Assembly (NCBI RefSeq): GCF_963921235.1
Contig: NC_086098.1
Location: forward strand, 236,778,001 to 236,842,000
Direction: 5' to 3'
Source: Mobula hypostoma
Taxonomy: Eukaryota
DNA: 64,000 bases
Shown piece by piece: positions 52,001 through 62,860 of this stretch. The notes beneath the pieces were generated by a model, which had not been told where the DNA came from, did not search any database, and worked only from the letters and a program-made list of their open reading frames with translations. The number at the start of each line of letters is the position of its first letter. The first letter of the stretch is position 1. The position numbers were made by a program, and so were the translations under genes.

Positions 52001-55000
52001 CTCCTGTTCTGCCCATAAACTTTTGACATATTTACTAATCAAGGACTTATCTACTTCCACTTCAAGTACACCCAATGACTTAGCCTACATAGCTGTCTGT
52101 GCCAATGATTCCACAGATTCAACATCCTCTGGCTAAAGAAATTCCTTATCTGTTCTAAAGGGATGTCCTTGTATTCTAAAGCAGTGCCCTCTAGTCCCAG
52201 ACTCCTCCACTATGGAAACATCACCTTAACATCCACACAATTTCTGTTGTATTCCTTTGTTCTACTGTGAATGCCCGGAAGAAAATAAATTCCAGGGTAG
52301 TATGTGATGCTTTGATAGTAAACTTACTTTGAACTTTCAACTCTATCTAGACCTTTCAATATTCAATAGAAAAGATTCATTCTGAGTTGAGATTCAAGGA
52401 GTTCAGTTGAAATGAAAGCACATAACATCTGCACAAGTTGCTTCATCTGCTCACGTAATCAGTAGTCCTATTCACAGAAGGAACTGTTAGCATCAGCAAC
52501 AGGGTGTGGAGGACACACAACACTGACTCAGAACGGTTTGATCCCTTTCAGGGCCACCTGTATGTTGGAACACCAGTGGAGATGGTGCGGCTCCCGCTCG
52601 CCAACTGCGCAGACTACGGCAGCACGTGTGTGCAGTGTGTTGCTGCCAGGGACCCATACTGCGGATGGAACAGAACCAGTGGGGAGTGTGTGGCTGTCCC
52701 TCGAACCCTCAGTGTTACAGACAGGTACACGCTATTAACAAACCCCTTTTTGACCAACCTCATTACAATGCTCCTTGCCCCCACTCTGCCTTGCTCAGGC
52801 TCCATTTTCTCCTTTTCCTTCTGCATCACTTCTCTCATTTAGGTGCCATTTCCTCATTGCTGCACAGACCCTAGATCAAAAAAGACATCTTTTAGTAGAC
52901 ATAGCTTGATAGGTTCTCATCCACAAACATCAGTCATTAAAAAGTATGGCCCTTCGACCCATCTAGCACATGCCAAAACCATTTACACTGCCTACTCGCA
53001 TCAACCTGTATAGCCCTCCTTCCACTTACCTTCCATGTACCTATCCACATTTTGCTTAAACGATGAAATAGAGTTTGCGTAAACCACTTGTGCTGGCAGT
53101 TTGTTGCACACTCTCGTGACCCTCTGAGTGAAGTTGTTTCCCCTCATGTTCCCTTTAAAACTCCTCAGCTTCCACCCTTAACCCATGACCTCCCCCTCGT
53201 ACCCCATCTGTTACTTATTTTTATGCACACATTCTTTCTCTCACTCTCCTTTTTCTCCCTCTGTCCCTCTGAATATACCTCTTGCCCATCCTCTGGGTCC
53301 CCCCCACTCCTTGTCTTTCTTCCCGGACCTCCTGTCCCATGATCCTCTCATATCCCCTTTTGCCTATCACCTGTCCAGCTCTTGGCTCTATCCCTCCCCC
53401 TCCTGTCTTCTCCTATCATTCTGGATCTCCCCCTCCCCCTCCAACTTTCAAATCTCTTACTCACTCTTCCTTCAGTTAGTCCTGACGAAGGGTCTCGGCC
53501 TGAAACGTCGACTGCACCTCTTCCTACAGATGCTGCCTGGCCTGCTGCGTTCACCAGCAACTTTGATGTGTGTTGCTTGAATTTCCAGCATCTGTAGAAT
53601 TCCTGTTGTTTGTCCTACCCAACCTCAGTGGAAAAATCCTGCTGGCATTTACCCTCAACCTCTATCAAATCTCCTTACAAACTACTTACAGGTGCCTAAT
53701 ACAGACCGTAATGCAGAACTCCAAACTCTGAAACCCACTCCCATCACCTGCCCTGAGGTGTAATAGCATTGTGCTAACTACTATGCTACCAAGGCATTAG
53801 TATAGATGTGGTAAATACATGCTGGCTTTTTCCCCCAAGGTTGGGTGAGACCAGAACTAAAGTACAGGTTTAGAACATGAGGAGTAACTTCACTGAGGAG
53901 GTGGTGAGAATCAGAGAAGTTTAGATAGTTACGTGGATGGGTGAGGGATAGATGGATACTGTCAGTGAGGTAGATGGGAACAGGCTAAGACCAGGTTCAA
54001 GTCTTACCCTGGCTTGTCCTCCCAAAATGCAACACCTCACACTCATCTGCATTAAATTCCATATGAAAATTTTCAGCCCATTTTCCTCGCTGGTCCAGAT
54101 CCTGCTGCAAGCTTTGAATTGCCTTCTTTGCAGTTCACTATGCCCTAAATCTTGGTGTCACCACAAACCTGCTGATCTTTAATATAGATGACAAACAACA
54201 GACACATCATCAATCCCCATGGCACATCACTAGTCACAGGCCTCAGTCAAAGAGGCAACCATCTACTGTGGCTGCCCCCACAAAGCCAAAGTTGAGTTGA
54301 ATTAAATACTCCATCCTGAATGCCAAATGAGTGAACTTTCTGGACCAGTCCATGCAGGACCTTGTCAAAGGTCTTGCTAAAGTTCATGCAGACAACATCC
54401 ACTGCTTTGTCTTCATCAAAACATCCCTAAAATTGGTTACTTACCACACACAAACATTATTAACTATCCCAAATAAGTCCACCTCGATCCAAATACTTAA
54501 ATATTCAGTCCCTTAGAATACTTTCCAATAACTTTTCCACGACTGATGTTAGGCTCGCTGGCCTATAATTTCCTGGCTTATTTTCAGAAACTTTCTTAAA
54601 AAGTAGAACAACATCAGCTATTCTCAAATCCTCAGCACCTCACACATAGCTAAGGATGTTTTAAATATTCTGCTAGGACCCCTGCAGTTTCTGCACTAGC
54701 CTCACACAGGCTTATGGAACATATTGTCAGGCCCTGGGGATTTATCCACCCTAATTTGCCTCAAGAGAGCATACACCTCCTCCTGTGTAATCTGTATAGG
54801 GCCCATGGCCTCGCTGCTGCTTTGCCTCATTTCTATAGGCTCTGTTTGTCTCCCAAGTAAATACAGATGCAAAAAATGCATTTAAAATCTCCCCCATCTC
54901 TTTTGGCTCCAAACATGGATTACCGTTCTGATCTTCCAGAGGACCAATTTTGTCCCTTGTTATCCTTTTTCTGTTAGTATATCTGTAGAAGCCCTTAGGA

Positions 55001-57148
55001 TTCTCCTTCACATTGTCTGCTAGAGTAAACTCGTGCCTGCTTTCAGCCCTCCTGATTTCCTTCTACAGGATTGGCTCGACATTAGCTAGCAAGCACAGAG
55101 CTATGCTGTCCATGGAAAGTGTAAACAAAACCTTCTGGAAATACTGAGCAGGTCAGGCAGCAGAACAGAAAAAGTAACTAGGTTAATAATTCAGTTGCAA
55201 GTCTCTTTCTCTCTTATCCAGTTGTGACAAAGCATCGTTGACTTGAAATGTTAACCCAGTTTCTTCTCCTGTTGTTGCTGAGTGGCCTGCTGAAATTTTC
55301 AAGTATTTTCTGTTGTTAATTCAGATTTTCAACATTTTTGCAGATTTAAAAAAAATTTTTGTACACTACCAGGGTCAGAGACAGAGTGAAGCTCCCGCTA
55401 CACTGTCCTGTCACACACTCCCAAGGCAGGTACACGCTAAAGTTTTTCAACTCAACTTTTCTAGACACAGTGAAGGGTCATAACGGACTTACCCCAACTC
55501 CAGAGCTAATAAATATCAGAAAGACATGGGAAATGATTTCTACAGGAAACTGATGTCATGTGCAATATTATCCTGTAAGGTCACAGGAATGTCATTATCT
55601 ATGTTTATCAGTGTGGTTTGTTCTTTTTGCAGTGACGTTGTCCAGAACATCGATCAGCTCAATGTGTCTGTTTGCGATGGTGCATCAGGTAATTTCCACC
55701 ACGCTGTCATCTACCACAACAGCCCAGCCCCTGGTTCCTGTTCCTCAGCACACCAGGCTATTCAATTCCACGGGACATTACAAGTTAAACCTTCAAACAT
55801 CTGCCAACAAGAGCCCTTGGTATTGGAGACAAAGCTCTTGCAAAGAGAGAAGATTGGCTGCCTGGCAGAAGTCAGGGAATGGGGGATAAAGGAGGCCTTT
55901 TCAGTACAGCTACCAGTGATTAGTGGAGTTTGGGGTTCCACAGGGGACTGCAACTTTTCATGTCCAACACACACACAAAATGCTGGAGGTACTCAGCAGA
56001 TCCGGTGCAACTATGGAGGGAAATAAACAGTTGATGCTTTGGGCTGAGACCCTTCATCAGGACCAAATACCTCATTGTGTACTCTGCAGCTCCTTATTAA
56101 TGGACCAGGAAGGAAAGGGTTAACATGAGAAACATTGGTTGGTTATACATCTGTACTCACTGACACTTAGAAGGATAAGGGATGATCTCATTGAAACCTA
56201 TCGAATATTAAAAGGCTCAGACAGAGTGCATGTGTAGAGGATGTTTCCAAGTGGGAGATCTTCCATTGGTGGGCACAGCTGCAGAATAGAGGGACATCCC
56301 TTTAAAACAGATGAGGAATTTCTTTAGCCAGAGGGTGGTGAATCTGTGGAATTCATTGCCACAGATGGCTGTGGAGGTCAAGTCATTTGGTATATTTAAA
56401 GCAGAGGTTGATAGATCATTGATTAGACAGGCCTCAGGGTTTATGGAGCAAGGGCAGAAGAAGGCATGAGGGATTATAAATTGCCCATGATCGAATGATG
56501 GAGCAGACTCAATGGGTCGAATGACCCAATGTCCAGCCGGTCTTATGGTCTTAAACCATAGCCCAAAACCAGGATATCAGCCAGTGCTTTGTGATGTAGG
56601 GGAACTCTGTCCTGGGAAAGTGTGTTCCTCATGAAAAATGGGGGTACAAAAGATGGTAATTTTTGATTCTTTATTATCCCCTCCCAATATTCTTGTCCAC
56701 TGTTGTGCAATAATGTACAGTAATTGAGAGGAAAGGGGTGGGGTGGGAAGAAGAGGAAATATTGTTGAACATGCAGTATAGGATTTTAATTGTCTTTCTC
56801 TCCTTGCCTCTGGCAGATGTGGTGGTGTTGAGTGAGGAGCCCACAGAACTGATCATCAGTTCAGGAGCGTACCTCTACCTGCCTTGCCCGGTGAAGTCAT
56901 ACCACGCAGTCTATACATGGAGTTATAACAAAGATCAGTTTACATGCACCATCAAGGATGGGTCCTGCCCGCTGATGTTCAATGGGGAGGTCCCTGTGAG
57001 AAAGGGGCTCTTCAAGTGCACAGCCATTGAAGATGGGCTGAGGGAGGAACTCGCTGCCTATAAAGTCACGCTGAACAAGGGGAGCACATTGGGGCTGGAG
57101 CGCACAGCTTTCATTCTCATTCTTACTGTGCTGTGCTACCTGCTGTAG
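24887..57148 (+). CDS. SEMA7A: Semaphorin-7A-like gene, 14 coding exons, 1911 nt, 636 aa (signal peptide-Sema-PSI-Ig-GPI signal)
   Basis: Exons joined by GT-AG with compatible phases: 24887-24974, 25442-25581, 26301-26363, 35070-35168, 35284-35398, 39779-39886, 40683-40822, 42122-42303, 43020-43131, 48480-48666, 51035-51150, 52552-52724, 55633-55688, 56817-57148. Sema motifs [35 protein letters not shown]; PSI RDPYCGW; hydrophobic C-terminus with no cytoplasmic tail. Orthology versus paralogy to human SEMA7A unresolved. Confidence 0.92.
25442..25581 (+). CDS. SEMA7A: Sema7-like exon 2 (DQPRVKF...[15 protein letters not shown]...QTP)
   Basis: Polypyrimidine tract plus cag acceptor; donor CCG|gtactt; LYLG..G.VY sema blade motif. 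Confidence 0.85.
26301..26363 (+). CDS. SEMA7A: Sema7-like exon 3 ([21 protein letters not shown])
   Basis: ttctgtcag acceptor, CAG|gtaagg donor, phase 0-0, conserved Cys. Confidence 0.82.
26590..28650 (-). mobile_element. Cluster of CR1 3' fragments (~26590-27270, ~27720-28650)
   Basis: CR1 RT C-terminal peptides in the ORF track and 3' UTR signatures. Confidence 0.8.
30181..33270 (+). mobile_element. CR1 LINE: end of ORF1 (esterase-like) plus nearly complete ORF2 (EN plus RT), nested in an older CR1 3' end
   Basis: [18 protein letters not shown] (ORF1 end); [37 protein letters not shown]; several stops. Confidence 0.93.
33967..35005 (+). repeat. ~240-bp direct repeat (33967-34208 / 34767-35005) flanking a Penelope fragment
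   Basis: Direct visual alignment with an offset of about 800 bp. Confidence 0.85.
35070..35168 (+). CDS. SEMA7A: Sema7-like exon 4 ([11 protein letters not shown]...[13 protein letters not shown])
   Basis: Canonical semaphorin CxN and CGT..P.C motifs; tacag acceptor, TTG|gtaaaa donor. Confidence 0.92.
35284..35398 (+). CDS. SEMA7A: Sema7-like exon 5 (PNNRTQ...[19 protein letters not shown])
   Basis: Not in the ORF track; tttgcag acceptor, G|gtgagc donor; phase 0-1 bridges exons 4 and 6; aligns to the G-x-x-P-x-x-P segment of SEMA7A. Confidence 0.85.
37701..38465 (-). mobile_element. Chapaev3-like (CMC) DNA transposon remnant
   Basis: [13 protein letters not shown] and [28 protein letters not shown] motifs; CAC-starting terminus near 37701. 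Superfamily assigned from memory of the motif. Confidence 0.6.
38787..39515 (-). mobile_element. hAT-Charlie-like MITE with both TIRs and an 8-bp TSD, inserted in a CR1 3' end
   Basis: Ends cagggatccccaacc / ggttggggaccgctg; TSD atctacac at 38779-38786 and 39516-39523. Confidence 0.88.
39779..39886 (+). CDS. SEMA7A: Sema7-like exon 6 (GEDLYSAIS...KSEDKWFQ)
   Basis: ctctag acceptor, A|gtaagt donor, phase 1-1. Confidence 0.88.
40683..40822 (+). CDS. SEMA7A: Sema7-like exon 7 (NPTFVGS...DEVYFFFRE...VGRVCK)
   Basis: Hallmark sema motifs; AAG|gtaaga donor. Confidence 0.95.
41130..41556 (+). mobile_element. Possible RTE-derived non-autonomous element
   Basis: RTE-like 5' UTR motifs and a (TAAG)n-type end; inserted into a SINE. 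Confidence 0.4.
42122..42303 (+). CDS. SEMA7A: Sema7-like exon 8 (IDEGG...[12 protein letters not shown]...VYGVFSSL)
   Basis: Not in the ORF track in this frame; hallmark [10 protein letters not shown]; TG|gtgagt donor. Confidence 0.95.
43020..43131 (+). CDS. SEMA7A: Sema7-like exon 9 ([10 protein letters not shown]...QRPGT)
   Basis: ctgcag acceptor; S..C.YS and RPG motifs; ACG|gtatga donor. Confidence 0.92.
43638..43860 (-). repeat. 3' LTR (223 bp)
   Basis: Direct repeat of 47156-47378, preceded on the minus strand by a polypurine tract. Confidence 0.95.
44221..45146 (-). pseudogene. SUDS3: Processed (intronless) SUDS3/SAP45 retrocopy, disabled
   Basis: MSAA...DEDTEDA...[55 protein letters not shown]...[27 protein letters not shown]...[15 protein letters not shown]...RIYLGQL...SAA*, near-identical to vertebrate SUDS3 as I recall it. 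Frameshifts near 44753, 44575 and 44398; small deletions; CGA>TGA stops near the C-terminus. Confidence 0.96.
45165..45506 (-). pseudogene. Retroviral-type aspartic protease
   Basis: [13 protein letters not shown] catalytic motif and the LLGREWL motif; same frame as gag (one TGA at 45507-45509) and as SUDS3. Confidence 0.92.
45507..46753 (-). pseudogene. Gypsy gag, interrupted by a LINE fragment (N-terminus 46753-~46474; C-terminus with zinc knuckles ~45950-45507)
   Basis: [16 protein letters not shown]...[10 protein letters not shown]...IAERFKF Mag-type gag; CYRCG..H and [14 protein letters not shown] zinc knuckles. Confidence 0.9.
45961..46473 (-). mobile_element. Rex1-like LINE 3' fragment with an inverted duplicate of its 3' tail, nested in gag
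   Basis: RT C-terminus [20 protein letters not shown] on the minus strand; AATAAA plus (ACTATG)n tails point outward at both ends. Confidence 0.75.
47156..47378 (-). repeat. 5' LTR (223 bp)
   Basis: About 19 substitutions and no indels versus the other LTR by manual alignment. Confidence 0.95.
48480..48666 (+). CDS. SEMA7A: Sema7-like exon 10 (CIKV...YHVLFLGT)
   Basis: ttccacag acceptor; VLFLGT motif; CAG|gtacga donor. Confidence 0.92.
51035..51150 (+). CDS. SEMA7A: Sema7-like exon 11 (GNGKIHKVL...IMTLDSSM)
   Basis: ttttcaag acceptor; G.IHKV motif; ATG|gtaatg donor. Confidence 0.9.
52552..52724 (+). CDS. SEMA7A: Sema7-like exon 12 (end of Sema plus PSI domain, [14 protein letters not shown])
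   Basis: PSI cysteine pattern; tttcag acceptor; AG|gtacac donor. Confidence 0.95.
55633..55688 (+). CDS. SEMA7A: Sema7-like exon 13 ([19 protein letters not shown])
   Basis: tttttgcag acceptor, CAG|gtaatt donor; phase 2-1 bridges exons 12 and 14; V.Q.I...C motif. Confidence 0.85.
56817..57148 (+). CDS. SEMA7A: Sema7-like exon 14 (Ig-like domain plus GPI-anchor signal, stop)
   Basis: [15 protein letters not shown]...FKCTAIEDG matches the SEMA7A Ig pattern; terminal hydrophobic [13 protein letters not shown]. Confidence 0.92.
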
Positions 57149-59109
57149 AGTGGCAGGAATTACGGTGTATGAGAACCTTATTTTGAATGTATGCTCTTTC
57201 ACCCTGGGGAATGAAGTTGGCTTCTTGTCCCAAATTAAATTTAGTTTGAATGCATCAGCTGCAATCTCTCTCTCCAACTCGTGGCCATTTCAATCACTCC
57301 TATCCCCATTTCCTGCCCAAGACACCAGACTCTCCCAGTGTCTGGTCAAAGGCCACTGCTGCCCACCACCTCTCCACTGTGAAGCTGAGTGGTTGAGACA
57401 TGCTCAGACTCAGTCATAGGCATCAGTGGACTCCATCCTCCCCTGCACCAGCTCCACTCACGCTGATCGCTTACTTCGGGAGGGGTGTTGGTGGTTCATG
57501 GGGAATCAGGGCTGGGGAATTGGCATTGGTTTATTATAGTTACATGTATCAAGCTAGAGTGTAAAGCTTGTCTTCCATATTGTTCGTACAGATCTAATCA
57601 GTACACAGAGCACTGAGCTAGAACAATGTTAAGCAATAACAATGCAGAATAAAGTGTAACAGCGCAGAGAAAGTGCAGGCAAACAATAAGCTGCAAGATG
57701 ATCATAAGGAGATTGTGAGGTCCAAACCCATCTGCACATTCTCTCTTCTCCCCCCTCCTCTCAGACAAGAAATACAAAAGCCTGAAAGCATGTACCACCA
57801 GACTCAAGGACGGCTTCTACCCCAGTGTTTTCAGATTCTTGAACAAACCTCGTATGATAAGATGGACTCTTGGCCACACAATCTACCTCGTTATATTACA
57901 TTTGGTTTACCTGCACTGTACCCACTCTGTAGCTGTTACATTTTATTCTGCATTGTTATTTATCAGTGCCACATTATCCTTTACCTGCACTGCACTTTCA
58001 ATACCTTGTTTTCTACTTTGTTTTGGCTTTAACTTGTTCTAGCTCAATGCACTGTGTCGTACATACAAAGCGATGGAGGAACTTAGCAGGTTAGGCGTCA
58101 TCTATTGAGGGAATAAACACTCAATGTTCCAGGCCGAGGCCCCTCATCTGGTCTCCATTGATGCACTGTGCAACAATTTGATCAAGACAAGCTTTTCACT
58201 GTACACTGATCAAGTGGCAATAAACCAATATCAAATATTATAGAAAACAATTTGTACTGTTGTGACTCAGTGCAATACAATCACACTGCCCAGAAAGAAC
58301 TCTTTCTGAAAAAGCTCACTGGTGTAAAGGTAAACTGCTTACTGAGGTGTGGGAGTGAAAACATTATTCTGCAGAAAATTAAGGGGAGTGTTAGCCTGTA
58401 TCTAACCTTTATTGTCTCTGCCCTGGGAGGCTGTGATGGGACAATGTAGTGGGAACTTAACTCCATATCTGACCCATACTGCCTTTGCCTCGGGAGCGTT
58501 GATGGGGCGGTATAGAATGAATTTTATCAACTGGAGTGTAATTGCTTTTAAAGAGCGTTGCTGAGTGATTTTGTGCTGCTGATATAGTGTAGTGAGAAAT
58601 TTAAAGTCAAATTAATTCAGTTGCATCCATGCTTGTTTAATGCCAAAAGTTGCATAGTAACAAGCACGAAATTTGTATCTTCTCAAGGAAATCATTTGAG
58701 ATCCTCTCTACCCACTGTCATCTGTGCATGTGGGACACAGAAAGATTTCAGAATATAATCCCTCAAGAACCCCTCCACACTTGAGGGACATGTGGCTTCT
58801 GGGGTGGCGGGAGGTGTTGCAAGGAATTCAGTCAGTAGCAGAGTGTGCTCTGATAACCAGCAGTGTCACAGGGATGTTGATGACATGCAACAACAGGTTT
58901 CCCTATCCTTGTGTTTCAGGTTTGACATACCTCTCACTGGTTCAGCAGCCCCAATTCGAATGCTGTTCCATACTGCCTATACAGGCCTATTCCATCAAAG
59001 GCTTTCTGAATGGATTTTTGAACTGGGGAGAAAGACTGAGGGATTTTCTGATTGGTTGGTGTGTTAACACAGGAGTTGGTGTTGGAAACGCATCTTTTCG
59101 TGTTACAAG

Positions 59110-60750
59110 TCACTGATTTGGATGGAATTGATGGCTTTGTGGAAAACTTGGTGGATGGGGCAGGTCGTGTTGACTAAGCAGGGAGACTTCAGAAAGACAG
59201 AAATTTGGAGAATAGGCAAAGAAGTGGCTGATGGAATAGTGTCAGGTAATGCATGGTCATGCACTTTGGTAGATGGAATAAAGGCGTGGGCAATTTCTAA
59301 ACAGGAGCAAATTCAGAAATCAGAGGTGCAAAGGGATTTGTGAGACCTTGTGAATGATTCCCTAAAGGTTAACTTGCAGATTGAGTCAGTGATAAGGAAG
59401 GCAAATGCAATGTTTTCATTCATTATATTTCAAGAGGAGTAGAAAATAAAAGCAAGGATGTAATGCTGAGGCTGTATAAGGCAATGGTCAGACTGCACTT
59501 AGAATATTGTGAGCAGTTTTGGGTCTTGTTCACAATTAGTCAGGGCACTAAAGGTTATGGGGAGAAGGCAGAAGAATGAGGTTGAGGAATAATAAAACAG
59601 CCATGATGGAATGGCAAAGCAGACTAGATGGGCCAAAAAGCCTAATTCTGCCTCTATGCCTTATGGTCCTATTGAATTCTGAATGAAGTTGCTTTCTCTG
59701 AGACAAGGACCCACAGCCTCAGTATCATTCAGGGAAGTAGGCTCTTGGTGAGGGCAAACACCAGCACTCTCTCCACTGTACTGCTGTGGAGTGGAAGCAG
59801 TGAACAAGCAGTGGTATTCCAGTCGGTTCCAGGGGACAGCATGTATCATAGAGCACTACAGCGTACAGTTTCAGGCCCTTCAGCCCATCTAGTCTGTGAC
59901 AGTTTTTCTGCATAGTCCCATCGATCTGCATCCGAACCATAGCCCTCCAATCCCTTCTGTAAATTTATCTAACCAAACTTCTCTTAAATGTAACATTGAA
60001 TCCTCATCTACCACTTCCGCTGGCAGCTTGTTTCACATTCACACCACCCAATGAGTGAAGGTTTCTTTATAACTCAAGTGCTAGCAAAATCCTTGAAAAA
60101 TTTCTCTGCACTCTTTCATTCTTAATTACATCTTTCCTGTAGGTAGGTAACCAGAGCTGCACAGAATACTCCATATTCTCCCTCACCAACGTCTCAGATA
60201 ATTTCAACATCCCAACGGCTGTACACTGTGCCCTTATTTATGAAGGTCAATGTGCCAAAAGCTCTCTTGATAATACTATCTACCTGTGATGCTACTTTCA
60301 AAGAATAATGTATTTGTATTCACAAGTCCCTTTGTTCAACCACACAGCTCAGTACCCTGCCATTTACTTTAAGTCCTCCCAAAATGCAACACCTCACACT
60401 TGCCTGCATTAAAAACCATCTGCCATTTTTCCATCTGGTCCAGATCCTACAAGCTTTGATAGCCTTCTTCATTGTCCACTACATCCCCAATCTTGGTGTT
60501 ACCCATAAATTTACTGATCCAGTTTGTAACATTATCACCCAAATCCTCAATATAGATGATAAACAGTAGCAGACCCAGCACCAAATCCTGCAGCCTACCA
60601 TTAGTCAGACCTCTAGTCAGAGGGACAACCATCAACTACTCTTACTAAGCCAATGTTGAATCCAGTTGACCATTTTATCCTGAATGCCAAGTAACTTATC
60701 CTTTTGGACCAGCCTCCCAAGTGGGACTTTGTCAAGGGCATTTTTCAAAG
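59110..60750. mobile_element. Degenerate CR1 fragments (+ at ~59110-59670, - at ~59850-60750)
   Basis: QKSEVQRDL and ISKFMGNTKIG-type remnants. Confidence 0.75.
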
Positions 60751-61152
60751 CACTTTTATAGTAATGAGTCCTACAGTTTTTTTTTAAAAAGAACGCCACT
60801 AGCCAAGTATGGAACACTCTTATTTGAGAACAGTACATACTGACACAGTGCCATGGGACATAAAGCAATTGCTGTTCTACTCACAAGGATCAGAATGCCA
60901 GGTCTGCCAACTTTTTAAAACATTCTTAATCTCATCCATTGCCCATTTTGGTAAAGAAAGTACCTTGTAAGACCACTTCCGAAAGCATTAAGTACCAATC
61001 ACATACATTGTGCTCCTATTGTATCTAAAAAAGCAATCCTTAAAGAAAAAACAGTAATCATAAGGTACATCAGATGAAATTCTACCAGCACTGGGAGTGA
61101 ATGGGATCGATGTTATACTTCATGCTCAGATAAGCTCTTCTATCTATTTCAG

Positions 61153-62261
61153 TCAAGACAACTGGTATCTGGGAACTGAGCAAGGACCAGCTTCAGACAG
61201 GGATGGAGGGGCAGGCGAACATTACATTCCAATAAAGGGTTTGAGATGAGAAAAGAACTACCCACTGCATGACTTTACCACCCTTTTGGTGCAGTTCCAT
61301 CCAAGATGCCTTCCTTGGCTTTCCATTATACATGGCTAGTGTCCTGCAGTCAAAAGATTCATGATGCTTAAAGCGGTAACTTTGGCCTTTATGTAACTTG
61401 TCCATGAATGTGGGGCTCAAGGCATTAAAAACCATTATTTCCCCATTAAAAATGCTTTGCACTGCAAAGATGCTTAAGTATTTTAAAATAGCGTTTTATA
61501 AGTCTATTCGCATATCTATGATCAGAACATCTGGTCCAATCAAACGAATGTGTTTCAATAAACAAGAGTTAACTGGTCTCTATGTAAAATGCAGTTTCCT
61601 TTTCTTTCCATATCCAAGACTGGGTGTGTTAAATGGGGCAAACATTTAATGTGTGCTGCTATAATGAATCCATTGATAAAATACCTTCAGCATAGCAAAG
61701 CATCTCACGGTGGTACATTTGGATTGTAATCCTGAATATAATTTTAAGTCTTCCTGCAATGAGCAAACATATAGTAAAATACTTAGATCTTTTGAATCTT
61801 AAGAATTTTTGGACTGAGGGGCAGAGTGGACAGCTTTCAGTGTAACCAAAATCAAGGGACAGAGTGGAGGGTCTTGTGTACAAATACGGTGGGGAGGGGG
61901 AAGAGAGAGAGGATACCTATACATTGACGCACAAGCAGGAGGGTACTTACAGAGGGGTGTGTACTTGCAGGGAGAGGGGAAGGATACCTGCTCGCACACA
62001 GAAGGGAGAGGGTGAGGTGAAGTGAGACGAGGAGGGGTGATGTTAGGTTAAGGGATGGAGTAAGGTGGGATATGGAAAAAAAACCCGACGACGACGGCGC
62101 GGGGAGATGGGTGAAGGCAGGACGATGCGCAATCGCGCGCGCGCACCAACCGTCCCGCGTGCAATCCTCGCGGGCCGGCGTCACGTGGGAGCTGGGAGCG
62201 CGGGGCGACGACGGTAATCCCGCGCACGCGCGCTTCTCTCACCCGTCACCGACCGCTCCAT
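61153..62261 (-). CDS. Candidate small multi-exon gene, ~102 aa, unrecognised (exons 62261-62243, 61753-61685, 61461-61279, 61190-61153)
   Basis: Strong Kozak accaccATGG; all junctions GT-AG and phase 1-compatible; no recognisable domain; could be a lncRNA. Confidence 0.35.
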
Positions 62262-62860
62262 GGTGGTCGCCGACTCGGTGGCACCTCCCATCGGGCTCCT
62301 CTAATTCTTCCTTCACCCGATCATATTTTTGCAACTAGACACGTCACAGGAGGAACGTGAGCACGTGACAACCCGTACCCGCCGCCGAAGGCTGTACTGG
62401 GAACCGGCTGACAGCACACAGGCTTAAGATCGGGAGGTGCTGCGATGGCGTCAAATTGACCTCTCCGTTGGTGTAACACTATAGAACTACATTGCCCAGT
62501 GAGCCTCGCGAAAATTACCGGCTCCTCCCCTTTCTATGACATAAACCGACTGTTAGGTGTGAAATGGTTGAGATTACAATGATCCGCCCCCTGCGCACTA
62601 CCTATCTATTTTTGTAAATGGAGTTTGCTGCCGCTGCTCATTGGTCAATTGAGTGTGTTCATGGTTGTGATGTCGACGTGCACGCTGATAGGCTTCAATC
62701 GAGGGTGTGTCCCGCCTACCTCTTTCTAATTGGCTGATTCCGAGCCCGCGGGCTGTGATAGACAGGGCCAGCGGGCTCCTGCGGGACCGGTAGGAGGCAC
62801 GGCGAAGGCTGGAAATCTGGACGGGTTGTGAGGTGACTTTGGGGTGGATGGCGGCGTGTG
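62080..62860. promoter_or_regulatory. CpG island, probable bidirectional promoter
   Basis: Dense CpG; ZNF143-type ACTACATTGCCCA at 62486-62498; reverse CCAAT boxes (~62640, ~62729); E-boxes CACGTG (~62182, ~62362); GC boxes; outward-facing donors at 62242 (-, GTGAGA) and 62790 (+, GTAGGA). Confidence 0.75.

Larger units (their letters stand above)
47650..56555. mobile_element. Multiple degenerate CR1 fragments in semaphorin introns 9-13 (e.g. ~48925-49395, ~50060-50930, ~51920-52370, ~54000-55060, ~56110-56555)
   Basis: Repeated CR1 RT C-terminus and 3' UTR signatures. Confidence 0.75.

Noticed and set aside
55365-55445. Short motif cagagtgaagctccc...acactccca, also at ~11070-11150 and inverted at ~58380-58530
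   Set aside because: Looks like a common dispersed or tandem repeat unit; no CRISPR-like or coding structure
61462-61684. Possible intronic C/D snoRNA (CTGA about 60 nt before the acceptor)
   Set aside because: No proper C box or terminal stem found
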